From Mobula hypostoma (lineage: Eukaryota): a stretch of 64,000 bases of DNA. The notes below the pieces were generated by a model. It was not told where the DNA came from. It searched no databases and worked only from the letters and a program-made list of their open reading frames with translations. The DNA is taken from contig NC_086097.1 in the NCBI RefSeq assembly GCF_963921235.1, positions 88,910,001 through 88,974,000 on the forward strand. The letters are read 5' to 3'. Below, one piece after another: positions 36,700-48,449 of this stretch. Numbering within the stretch: the first letter of the stretch is position 1; every line of letters begins with the position of its first letter. The position numbers and the translations under genes were made by a program.

Positions 36700-37275
36700 T
36701 AAGACCATAAGATATCAGAGCAGAATTAGGCCATTTGGCCCATTGAGTCTGCTCTCCCATTTCATCATGGCTGATCCAATTTTCCTCTGAGCCCCAATCT
36801 CCTGCCTTCTCCCGGTATCTCTTCTTGCCCTGGCCAATCAAGAATCAATCAACCTCTGCCCTAAATATACATAAAGACTCTACCTCCACAGCTGCCTGTC
36901 GCAAAGAGCTCCCCCGATTCACCACCCTCCGTCTAGAGAAATTCCTCCTCATTCCCATTACAAAAGGCCGCCCCTCTATTCTGAGGCTGTGTCCTCTGGT
37001 CTTGGACGTCCCCACCATAGGAAACATCCTCTCCACGACCACTCTATCAAGGCCTTTCACCATTCGACAGGTTTCAATGAGGTCACCCCTCATTCTTCTG
37101 AATTCTAGTGAATACAGGCCCAGAGCCGTCAAACGCTCTTCACATGACAAGCCGTTCAACCCTGGAATCATTTTCCTGACCCCTTCTTTGAATCCTCTCC
37201 AGTTCAGCACATCCTTTCTAAGGGGCCCACATCTCCTCACAATACACCAAGTGCGGCCCCACCAATGCTTTATAT
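36700..37275 (-). mobile_element. CR1 3' fragment just upstream of the CLEC18 promoter
   Basis: ORF 36845..37240 LYSLEFRRMRGDLIE..TRGHSLRIEG..; CR1 3' UTR follows. Confidence 0.88.
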
Positions 37276-37857
37276 TGTCTGACTGCAGAGATATGTAATG
37301 CGATATCTAACGAGACTGTCCCCAATTATTGCACACTTGCAATTAATGCACAGCAGGATGGCTGTCTGTGACCTGGGTGCGATTATTACAAGGTGCATTG
37401 TTTGACTCTCCAGTTTGCAACTGCAAGGAGCAATCTGACTACCAGTTTACAATGACCCCAAAATGATGTGACTATCTTCCACCCGTCTGCAATTGACTTA
37501 CTGTACATTGTCCATCGATTGCACGGCGCAATTATTTAATGTGCAACCTTTAATCATTCCCTTGGCAATATCTAATTGTGCCTGGGATGGATTCACTGCC
37601 TGCTGCGCGTTATGCATCTTTTTACAACGGAATACAGTGCGCGCCTTGTCGCTGGGTCAATGACTTGAAAGTACTTGCAGTGTGCGGTTGGCGGTGCGTG
37701 TAGCAACCAGTGGTTGTAGTGACGGAATTCTACCCACTAAGCTGGCTCTCTCTCGCTTTGGTTCGCCGCTGCGTGCTTCACTGCACTAGTCGCGCAAGAG
37801 AAATCTGTGCCAAACGGCTTCGCTGCAGTTTGTGCTCTGGGGACCGCTCAGACCCAG

Positions 37858-37954
37858 ATGAAACGGCCAACCGTGTTACCGATTCTTCTCGCCAGCCTGG
37901 CGGCGGCAGCAACAGCGACAGCAGGGAAAGGGGGCTTCAGCTGGGATCTGAAAG
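37858..37954 (+). CDS. CLEC18A: CLEC18 first coding exon (signal peptide)
   Basis: MKRPTVLPILLASLAAAATATAGKGGFSWDLK has a basic N-terminus, hydrophobic core and small-residue cleavage site. Donor AAG|GTAAAG is phase 1, compatible with exon 2. Confidence 0.85.
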
Positions 37955-38433
37955 GTAAAGTCAGCCGGGCTCTCCCGGAATCCCATCCCGCGAATCGTGC
38001 ATAGACAGGGTCGAGTTTCGCTTGATTTAAAGATCTGCACCACTTAAAGACCTGTTTTCATTTTAGGCGGGCAGTTCTGATTAATAATAAGGCTTTAGTT
38101 CTCTCCTGTAAAAACTCGGTGTAAGTTTGCAGCTTGCAAACATTTCCAACTGTACAGTTGGTGAGTGAAATGACTTCAGTATTTTGAAGATTATGCAAAA
38201 TAAAATTTTTAAAAGAACGTCTTTGGATTGAGGTTCCGTCTGAAAATCACCTTGAAATGTCCATGGTTTATTTGGAGTATTTAAAGTGAATAAGTAGACT
38301 AGCGGGGTTAATCTTTGCCTCATGCAAATCCACGACGCAGAATTGGACTTTTGAGACACATTCGGTCACCATGGAGATTTTAAACTATGCCTGACATTTG
38401 CATTTTTATACTTTTGCCGTTTTCTCGTTTCAG

Positions 38434-38525
38434 AGTTAGCGCCTAAAGAGCGTTTTGCCATCCTGGCTCACCACAACCGTCTCAGGAGCAAAGTGCAGCC
38501 TCCTGCAGCCAACATGCAGAAAATG
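38434..38525 (+). CDS. CLEC18A: CLEC18 exon 2 (start of CAP/SCP domain)
   Basis: Acceptor TTTTCTCGTTTCAG|, donor ATG|GTGAGT. Encodes (E)LAPKERFAILAHHNRLRSKVQPPAANMQKM, matching human CLEC18 as I recall it ([30 protein letters not shown]). Confidence 0.9.
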
Positions 38526-38689
38526 GTGAGTAGGTGCCTCTTGCCCATTCTTGCGCCAAGTCTAAGTGGTATTCTGCGCTGACTATACTGTTCAGCAGAC
38601 CTGTTACTGGTGTGATGTACACAGATAAAATGGTGGGCAGTCAGAGGTAATGAATGTAGTTGAGGTCAGTGGGTGGGAGGCACTCAGGC

Positions 38690-41592
38690 TTAATGGAGTG
38701 CTGTGATTGGGATGCATGGAGTGTAATGGAAGGCAGTGGGTGGAATGCATAATGCGTAATGGAGGGTTGTGAGTGGGATGCATAGGGTGTAACAAAGGGC
38801 TGTGCGTGGAACACACGGGATGTAATAGAGGGTTGTGGGTGGGATGCATGGGGTGTAATGGAGGGTTATGTTTGCAATAGATGGTGTGTATGGAGAGTTG
38901 TAATTGATTTGCAAGGGGTGTAACAGAGAGCTGTGGGTGGGATGCACGCAGTGTAATGGGCTGTGTGTGGGATGCAATGGATGTAAGAACTGGTTGTGGT
39001 TGTGACACAGGATGCAATGGAGGGTTGTGGATAGGACAGGATGTAATGGAGGGCTGTGGGTAGGACACGGGATGTAATGGAGGGTTGTGGGTAGGACACA
39101 CTGGATGTAATGGAGGGTTGTGGGTAGGACACAGGATGTAATGGAGGGTTGTGGGTAGGACACACGGGATGTAACGGAGGGTTGTGGGTTGGACACACGG
39201 GATGTAATGGAAGGTTGCGGGTAGGACACACGGGATGTAATGGAGGGTTGCGGGTAGGACGCACGGGATGTAATGGAGGGTTGTGGTAGGACACGGGATG
39301 TAATCGAGGGTTGCGGGTAGGACACACGGGATGTAATGGAGGGTTGTGGGTGGGACACATGCGATGTAATGGCGGGTTGCGGGTAGGACACACGGGATGT
39401 AATGGAGGGTTGTGGGTTGGATACACGGGATGTAATGGAGGGTTGCGGGTAGGACACGGGATGTAATGGAGGGTTGCAAGTAGGTCATGCGATGTAATGG
39501 AGGATTGCGGGTAGGAGCCAGGGGATATAATGGAGGGTTGTGGGTAGGACGCACGGAATGTAATGGAGGGTTGTGGGTAGGACGCACGGGATGTAATTGA
39601 GGGTTGTGGTAGGACATGGGATGTAATCGAGGGTTGCGGGTAGGACACACGGGATGTAATGAAGGGTTGTGGTAGGACACGGGATATAATCAAGGGTTGT
39701 GGGTAGGACACATGGGATGTAATGGTGGGTTGCGGGTAGGACACACGGGATGTAATGGAAAGTTGTGGGTTGGATACACAGGATGTAATGGAGGATTGCG
39801 GGTAGGACACTCGGGATGTAATGGAGGGTTGTGGGTAGGACACGGGATGTAATCAAGGGTTGTGGGTAGGACACATGGGATGTAATGGCGGGTTGCGGGT
39901 AGGACTCAGAAGATGTAATGGAGAGTTGTGGGTTGGATACACGGGATGTAATGGAGTGTTGCGGGTAGGACACGGGATGAAATGGAGGGTTGCGGGTAGG
40001 ACACGGGATGTAATGGAGGGTTGCAAGTAGGTCACGCGATGTAATGGAGGATTGCGGGTAGGAGCCAGGGGATATAATGGAGGGTTGTGGGTAGGACGCA
40101 CGGGATGTAATGGAGGGTTGTGGGTAGGACGCCCGGGATGTAATGGAGGATTGTGGTAGGACATGGGATGTAATCGAGGGTTGCGGGTAGGACACACGGG
40201 ATGTAATGGAGGGTTGTGGTAGGACACGGGATGTAATCAAGGGTTGTGGGTAGGACACATGGGATGTAATGGCAGGTTGCGAGTAGGACACACGGGATGT
40301 AATGGAGTGTTGTGGGTTGGATACACGGGATGTAATGGAGGGTTGCGGGTAGGACACTCAGAATGTAATGGAGGGTTGTGGGTAGGACACGGGATGTAAT
40401 GGAGGGTTGAGGGTAGGACACACGGGATGTAATGGAGGGTTGCGGGTAGGTCACGTGATGTAATGGAGGGTTGCGGGTAGGACCCAGGGAATATAATGGA
40501 GGGTTGTGGGTAGGACGCACGGGATGTAATGGAGGGTTGCGGGTAGGACGCACGGGATGTAATGGAGGGTTGTGCGTAGGACACGGGATGTAATGGAGGG
40601 TTGTGGGTAGGACACAGGATGTAATGGAGGGTTGTGGTAGGACACGGGATGTAATCAAGGGTTGTGGGTAGGACACATGGGATGTAATGGCGGGTTGCGG
40701 GTAGGACACACGGGATGTAATGGAGGGTTGTGGGTTGGATACACGGGATGTAATGGAGGGTTGCGGGTAGGACACACGGGATGTAATGGAGGGTTGTGGG
40801 TAGGACACGGGATGTAATGGCGGGTTGCGGGTAGGACACACGGGATGTAATGGAGGGTTGTGGGTTGGATACACGGGATGTAATGGAGGGTTGCGGGTAG
40901 GACACACGGGATGTAATGGAGGGTTGTGGGTAGGACACGGGATGTAATGGAGGGTTGAGGGTAGGACACACGGGATGTAATGGAGGGTTGTGGTAGGACA
41001 CGGGATGTAATCAAGGGTTGTGCGTAGGACACATGGGATGTAATGGTGGGTTGCGGGTAGGACACAGAAGATGTAATAGAGAGTTGTGGGTTGGATACAC
41101 GGGATGTAATGGAGGGTTGCGGGTAGGACACAGGATGAAATGGAGGGTTGCAGGTAGGACACGGGATATAATGGAGGGTTGTGGGTAGGACACAGGATGT
41201 AATGGAGGGTTGTGGTAGGACTCGGGATGTAATCGAGAGTTGTGGGTAGGACACAGAGGATGTAATGGAGGGTTGTGGTAGGACACGGGATGTAATCAAG
41301 GGTTGTGAGTAGGACATATGGGATGTAATGGCGGGTTGCGGGTAGGACACACGGGATGTAATGGAGGGTTGTGGGTTGGATACACTGGATGTAATGGAGG
41401 GTTGCGGGTAGGACACACGGGATGTAATGGAGGGTTGTGGGTAGGACACACGGGTTGTAATGGAGGGTTGTGGTAGGACATGGGATGTAATGGGTTGCGG
41501 GTAGGACACACGGGATGTAATGGAGGGTTGCGGGTAGGACACGCGGGATGTAATGGAGGGTTGCGGGTAGGATACAGGATATAATGGAGAGT
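38690..41592. repeat. G-rich minisatellite, ~29-32 bp unit GGGTAGGACAC(AC)GGGATGTAATGGAGGGTTG(C/T)
   Basis: Roughly 90 tandem variant units; degenerate at the 38690-39050 end and homogeneous distally. Confidence 0.97.
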
Positions 41593-42067
41593 AATATGAT
41601 GGCATAACTGAAGACAGTCAAGCTATAGGTTTTCAGTGAAATACATGATGATAGAGGACACTCAGGCGCACAAAGGGTGAAAATAATCTGAATTTATGTA
41701 CCCACTGTGTGGTGTGCTGCTACAGAGTCTGGCAGGGCAAACATCGTTTTGAGAGTGTCACTTCTCTTCTTGTAGTATGCAAAAAGTTCATTCATTCAGG
41801 GGAGTTGTATCAATGCTTGATGCATCCTTTGGTATCATCCCATGTTCTCAACAGCCTCATATTGGAATTTGCACAGGCAGCATGACAGGGTGGATAGTCA
41901 TTGTAACCTCCGAGTTGCTGAGTTCTGTAGTGTCACTGTGACCAGTTCTGCTGCACACCCTATTTCAGGGATTGTACTGGGACCCTGACTGCAGCAGTGA
42001 GTAAGTTTTGGATCTGCAGTATGAGATACAGGGGTTCATAACTGTATCTGTTAAATGCCCAGAGAAT

Positions 42068-42176
42068 CACGAATAAGAGAAAATCTGCAGGTGCTGGAAA
42101 TGCAAAGCAAAATGCTGGACGAACTCAGCAGGTCAGGCAGCGTCTATAGAAATAGATGCTGCCTCGCCTGCTGACT
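42068..42176. mobile_element. Penelope terminal-repeat fragment with short inversion, no ribozyme core
   Basis: CAGCAGGTCAGGCAGCGTCTAT..ATAGATGCTGCCTCGCCTGCTG palindromic remnant. Confidence 0.7.
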
Positions 42177-42764
42177 GCCCACAGAACAGCAATAATGTAG
42201 AAGAAAATGTTGCTGATCAATTTTGCAACTATTTGAGCATGAAGTTACATAAAGTGTTAATAAGGATGGATTTCTTGGTGTAGACCAGCACTGCTCCCTG
42301 ATGCTGATCACTCACCTTGATGACATAATGTGTAGGCAAAAGGGACTAGGTTAGTAAGTCACTTAATTATAGTTTAATTAATTCAGGACAACATCATGGG
42401 CTGTAGGGCCTGTTTCTGTGCTGTAATGTTGTATGTTCTGACACTTGTGTTAAAACATGAAGCAGTACAGCCCAAAATTAGTCTAGATTGTGCTTTTCCA
42501 CTACATTAGCCTGCATTGTGATTGGCATTGCTCTCTTATAAAGCAGAACGTCTTTTAATAAAGGGAAGGCTCAAATGGAATGTCATTTGAAGGTTCAAAC
42601 ATATATCTCCTTCAGGCATAGGCAGAGTTCTGCCCGACTCACTGCCAAACCTCAACTTGGATGGGCGGCTGAAAGTGCTTTCAGCAGCCTCCAAGCACAG
42701 TGTCACGTGGTGTACCTTGGTAAAAATCATGAGGCTTGTTTTGGGGAGTGAAGCTGTTCCTGCA

Positions 42765-45700
42765 CAGGAGGGGGAGGGAGAGCGGCCAGATGTCTTGGTA
42801 CATATCAGTACCAATGACATGGGAAAGAAAAGCAAAGAGGTCCTGAAGAGGGAATTTAGACAGCTAGGTAGAAAGCTGAGAAGCAGGACCTCCAGGGTAG
42901 TAATTCCTGGACTGCTGCTTGTGCCAGGCACCAGTGAGGGTAGAAACAAGATGATTTGCAGATAAATGCATGGCTGCGAAGCTGGTGCCGGGGGCAGGGC
43001 TTCAGGGTCTTAGATCATTGGGGGGTGGGGTATGACCTGTGCAAAAGGGGCTGGTTGCTCTTGAACCCGAGGGGGATTCTCACAGGTAGGTTTGTTTGAG
43101 CTGTTGGGGAGGGTTTAAACTAACTTGGCAGTGGGATAGGAACTCGAGTGAAGGGACTCAGGTTAGGATAGATGGTAAAAAAAGTAAAGATAGCATGCAG
43201 TCAGACTGTCAGGAAGAGCAGGCAGATGACAGGACAAAATCGCAGCCAGCAGTGTGACTATCAGTGCAGTAGGGTTGCAGAATCAAAATACAGTACTCAA
43301 AGTGTCATATCTCAGTGCACGGAGTATAAGAAACAAGGTGGCTAATCTTGTTGCAGAACTTTTACAGATTGCCAGGTATGATGTTGTGGCCATCACCGAA
43401 TTGTGGCTGAAGGATGGTTGTAGTTGGGAGTTGAATGTCCAAGGTTACACGTTGTATCGGAGAGATAGGAAGGTGGGCAGAGGGGGTGGCGTGGCTCTGC
43501 TGGTAAAGAATGGCATCAAATCATTAGAAGGATGTGACAAAGAGTCAGAAGAGGTTGAGTACTTGTGGGTTGAGTTAAGAAACTGCAAGGGTAAAAGGAC
43601 CCTGATGGCAGTTATATACAGGCCTCCAGACAGTAGCTGGGATGTGGACCACAGATTACAACAGAAAATAGAAAAGGCGTGTTAAAGGGGCAATGTTATG
43701 ATAGTCATGAGAGAATTTAATATGCAGGTTGATAATGGATCTCAAGAGATTGAAGTTCTTGAATGCCTACTGGATAGCTTTTTCAAGCAGTTTGTCATTA
43801 AGCCTACTAGGTGATCAGCTGTACGGGATTGTGTGTTATGTAATGAACTGGAGGTGATTAGGGAGCTGTGAAGGAAGAGAAGTGAGTGCAGTTACTATTA
43901 CAAGGAAGAACATGCTCGGAAAGCTGAAAGAACTAAAATCACCGAGTTCTGAAAGAGGTAGCGGTAGTGATTGTGGAGGCACTAGTATTGATCTTTCAAG
44001 AACCATTGGACTCTGGCATGGTCCTGGAGGACTAGAAAATTGCAAGTATCACTCCACACTTTAAGAAAGGAGGGAGGCAGCAGAAATGAAATTATAGACA
44101 AGTTCGCCTGACAGTGGTTGAGAAGATGTTGGAGTCAGTTGTTAAGGATGAGGTAATGGAGTACTTGGTGACACAGGACAAGATAGCACAAAGTCAGTGT
44201 GATTTTCTTCAGGGAAAATCTTGCCTATTAGAATTCTTTGAGGAGATTACAAGTAGGATAGATAAAGGGGATGCAGTTAGTGTTGTATATTTGGATTTTC
44301 AAAAGGCCTTTCGACAAGGTGCCACACGTGAGACTGCTTACCAAGTTAAGAGCCCATGGTATTACAGGAAAGTTAGAGCATTGGCGGATTGTTAGGAAGC
44401 AGTGAGTGGGAATAAAAGCATCCTTTTCTGGTTGACTGCCAGTGACTCGTGGAGCTCTGCAGGGGTCAGTGTTGGGACCGCTTCTTTTTATGCTGTATAT
44501 CAATGATTTAGATAATGGAATAGATGGTTTTGTTGCCCAGTTTGGTGATGGTATGAAGATTGGTGGAGGGGCAGGTGGTGTTGAGGAAATAGGAAGGCTG
44601 CAGAAGGACTTAGATAGATTACAAGAATGAGAAAATTAAGTGACAAATGAAATGCAATGTTGGAAAATACATGGTCGTACATTCTGGTAGAATAAATAAA
44701 TGTGTAGACTATGTTCTAAATGGGGAGAAAATCCAAAAATCTGAGATGTAAAGGGACATAGGAGTCCTTGTGCAGGTACTTGCAGGTTGAAGTAAGTGGT
44801 GAGGAAGGCAATTGCAATGTTATCATTCATTTCAAAGTCTATGATATAAGAGCAGGGATGTGATGCTGAGGATTTATAAGATGCTGGTGAGGCCTCATCT
44901 TGACTATTGTGAACAGCTTTGGGCTCTTTGTCTAAGAAAAGATGTGCTGGCATTGGAGAGGGTTCAGAGGAGGTTCACAAGGGTGATTCTGGGAATGAAA
45001 GGGTTATTTGAGGAACATTTGATGGCTCTGGACCTGTACTTGCTGGAATTTAGAAGGATGAGGGGGGGGATCTCATTGAAACCTTTCGAATGTTGAAAGG
45101 CCTAGACAGAGTAAACATAGAAACATAGAAAATAGGTGCAGGAGTAGGCCATTCAGCCCTTCGAGCCTGCACGCCATTTATTATGATCATGGCTGATCAT
45201 CCAACTCAGAACCCTGCACCAGCCTTCCCTCCATACCCCTTGATCCCCGTAGCCACAAGGGCCATATTTAACTCCCTCTTAAATATAGCCAATGAACTGG
45301 CCTCAACTGTTTCCTGTGGCAGAGAATTCCACAGATTCACCACTCTCTGTGTGAAGAAGTTTTTCCTAATCTCAGTCCCAAAAGGCTTCCCCTTTATCTT
45401 CAAACTGTGACCCCTCGTTCTGGACCTCCCCAACATCGGGAACAATCTTCCTGCATCTAGCCTGTCCAATCCCTTTAGGATTTTATACGTTTCAATCAGA
45501 TCCCCCCTCAATCTTCTAAATTCCAACGAGTACAAGCCCAGTTCATCCAGTCTTTCTTCATATGAAAGTCCTGCCATCCCAGGAATCAATCTGGTGAACC
45601 TTCTTTGTACTCCCTCTATGGCAAGGATGTCTTTCCTCAGATTAGGGGACCAAAACTGCACACAATACTCCAGGTGTGGTCTCACCAAGGCCTTGTACAA

Positions 45701-46545
45701 CTGCAGTAGTACCTCCCTGCTCCTGTACTCGAATCCTCTTGCTATAAATGCCAGCATACCATTTGCCTTTTTCACTGCCTGCTGTACCTGCATGCCCACT
45801 TTCAATGACTGGTGTATAATGATACCCAGGTCTCGTTGCACCTCCCCTTTTCCTAATCGGCCACCATTCAGATAATAATCTGCTTTCCTATTTTTGCCAC
45901 CAAAGTGGATAACTTCACATTTATCCACATTAAATTGTATCTGCCATGAATTTGCCCACTCACCCAACCTATCCAAGTCACTCTGCATCCTCTTAGCATC
46001 CTCCTCACAGCTAACACTGCCACCCAGCTTCGTGTCATCCGCAAACTTGGAGATGCTGCATTTAATTCCCTCATCCAAGTCATTAATATATGTTGTAAAC
46101 AACTGGGGTCCCAGCACTGAGCCTTGCGGTACCCCACTAGTCACTGCCTGCCATTCTGAAAAGGTCCCGTTTATTCCCACTCTTTGCTTCCTGTCTGCCA
46201 ACCAATTCTAACCAATTGCATGTAGATGTGGAAAGGATGTTTCCCATGGTGGGGGAGTCTAGGATAGAGCGGTGTCCATTTAAAACAGACGCAGAAAATT
46301 TCTTCAGCCAGAGAGGAGTGAATTTGTGGACTTTGTTACCACAGGCAGCTGTGAAGGCCAGGTTGTTGGGTGTATCTAAGACAGATATTGATAGATTCCT
46401 GATTAGCCATGGCATCAAAGATTACTGAGAGAAGGCTGGAAAGTGAGGCTGAGGAGGGGAAAAAAAAACGATCAGCCATGATTGAATGGCAGAGCAGACT
46501 CGATAGATCAAAAGTCCTAATTCTGCTCCTATGCTTTATGGTCTG
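42765..46545 (+). mobile_element. Degraded CR1 LINE (ORF1 3' part, EN, internal deletion, RT, 3' UTR) interrupted by a young CR1
   Basis: VLVHISTNDM esterase remnant, TTTAAAC-TAA ORF1 end at 43114-43123, ITELWL/YRPP EN, YLDFQKAF and QGSVLGPLLF RT; resumes at about 46222. Confidence 0.88.
45114..46215 (-). mobile_element. 5'-truncated copy of the young CR1 family
   Basis: ORF 45206..46201 is nearly identical to the C-terminal third of ORF2 at 20720..22666; same (TTTCTATG)n tail. Confidence 0.95.
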
Positions 46546-46854
46546 ATATCTGCAATGAGTGTAGTGTAGGAACTTCTGCAGTGTTGCTGACTGGAGCTTT
46601 GTCCAATTACCCGAGTCTTCTCCATGATATCGCCAAGAAGCCAAGGGAAGCCATCCTGGCAAAGTGCAGGAAGCTTTTCTGTATGGTAACCGGGCACTTT
46701 GGTGCTCTGAGAGAAGTTTGGCTGCACCACAGGCTCCAAATGCATAGGCATTCCAGAATGACACTCGTACTCTTATGGACACCTGTCCAGCAATTTTGTG
46801 TGATCCTCTAGGACTGTTCCCGATTCCAGAGCTGTGAGGGAAGACGCTATAGAC

Positions 46855-47590
46855 CAGGGGTCCCCAATCTTTTTCGCACTGCAGACCGGTTTAATATTGA
46901 CAATATTCTTGCGGACTGGCCGACCGGGGGGGTGTTCAAGTGGGGTTAAACTCACCTCAACATGTCTTTTACAGTTAGGGTTGCCAACTTTCTCACTCCC
47001 AAATAAGGGACAAAATTAGCAGTCAAACCCCGGGACACTTTACCCCAGGAAAGACTACCATGACCATGAAGCCTTGCGTGGTCACCTGTGGGCGAATGCG
47101 TGACGTGCGCATGTGATGTGCGCATACGCGTACGTGCCGATTTTCCCCCCCACATATCGGTTTCCCCTTCATCTTCCCGACTATACTGTACATACATAAT
47201 TTCTACTTTATATAGGCTGTGTATTTATCATATCATTCCTGCTTTTACTATATGTTAGTGTTATTTATTTTCGGTTTTATGTGTTATTTGGTATGATTTG
47301 GTAGGTTATTTTTTGGGTCTGGGAATGCTCAAAAATTTTTCCCATATAAATTAATGGTAATTGCTTCTTCGCTTCACGCCATTTCGGCACGAAAGGTTTC
47401 ATAGGAACGCTCTACCTTAGCAGGGGAAATACGGGACAAACCAATTTAGCCCAATATACGGGACAGTTGGCAACCCTGTGTTCAAGTTCAACAGTGCATG
47501 ACAGGGAATGAGGAAAGGTGCAGCTGACTCATATCGTTTCCTCGCAGCCCAGTAGCACGTGCTTTGCGGCCCGGTGGTTGGGGACTGCTG
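46855..47590. mobile_element. hAT-type MITE (MER5/Charlie-like ends) with nested internal element
   Basis: Ends CAGGGGTCCCCAA / TTGGGGACTGCTG; 8-bp TSD CTATAGAC / CTATAGAT; internal perfect inverted repeat AGGGTTGCCAACT (46977-46989, 47465-47477). Confidence 0.85.
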
Positions 47591-48449
47591 CTATAGATGC
47601 AAGAATTCTGACCAATTTAATACTTATGTAATATTCCACGAGGGAGCCCACTTCCCACAAATTAGATTATGTAAACAAAGAAAAAACTGTCAATGCTGAC
47701 AGCCTGAAATTAAAACAGAAAAGGGCTGGAAATGCTCACCAGATGGTAACAAATTTCCTAAGTTTTCTTTGGAGGGCTGCAAGCAGTGACAGGGGCTTGT
47801 AATGCTGTTTTGAATCTGTAATGAATGCAGACAAATGCCAAGGACAAGACAAGGTCAAGATTGAAGGCGCTGTAAATGCATCTGCAGTATCTCGTGCCCA
47901 TGAACCGACTTTCATTAGTCAGGGCTTGGATGACGAGCTTGAGTAGTCCTGCTGCACTTTGGGAGGTTGGGCCAGGTCATGGCTGGAATAATCCCTGCTA
48001 TTGTGGCTGCCCAGCATTCTGAAACAATGCACCCTGTACAGGTGGGAGAGACAGACAGAGAGAGAGAGCTTTGAGCCTTTCATACACCAGGAGGTTGTGG
48101 AGGAGCAGATGTTGGTGAAGTTTGCTCTAATTAAATCAATCTCTGGAATAATAGGCTTCTGCGTAACTTATCTCAGAAGCTCTTTATCTGACTGAAATTT
48201 GATATTATGTGGCATTACTAGTTAGGCCATGGCCGTGTTTGGTCTACGTTAGATTGACTGAGGCGGTAATCACTGCATGACCAATCTCTCAATGGAGTCA
48301 AAATAACAGTGAGGCATCTGCTTTCTTTGCTGAATGTGGAATGCACTCTGCAAGGCTGGGTAATACCCTGTTCATGTCTCAGAAATAGGGTTGTCCTGTC
48401 AGGCTTCCTGCTACTGCACCACCAAGATCCTGTATTTGTACAGTGGGTA

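Larger units (their letters stand above)
37600..38580. promoter_or_regulatory. CpG island / promoter of CLEC18
   Basis: Abrupt rise in CpG density (GCGCG, CGCCGCTGCG, TCGCGC) in non-repeat sequence spanning the first coding exon. Confidence 0.75.

Noticed and set aside
38690..41592. CRISPR-like array of ~30-bp repeats
   Set aside because: Units are head-to-tail with no unique spacers, there are no cas genes, and the context is eukaryotic.
38604..41621. Long Pro/Thr/His-rich ORFs (up to 529 aa) on the minus strand
   Set aside because: Artefacts of a stop-poor minisatellite strand; all three frames open alternately, antisense within a CLEC18 intron.
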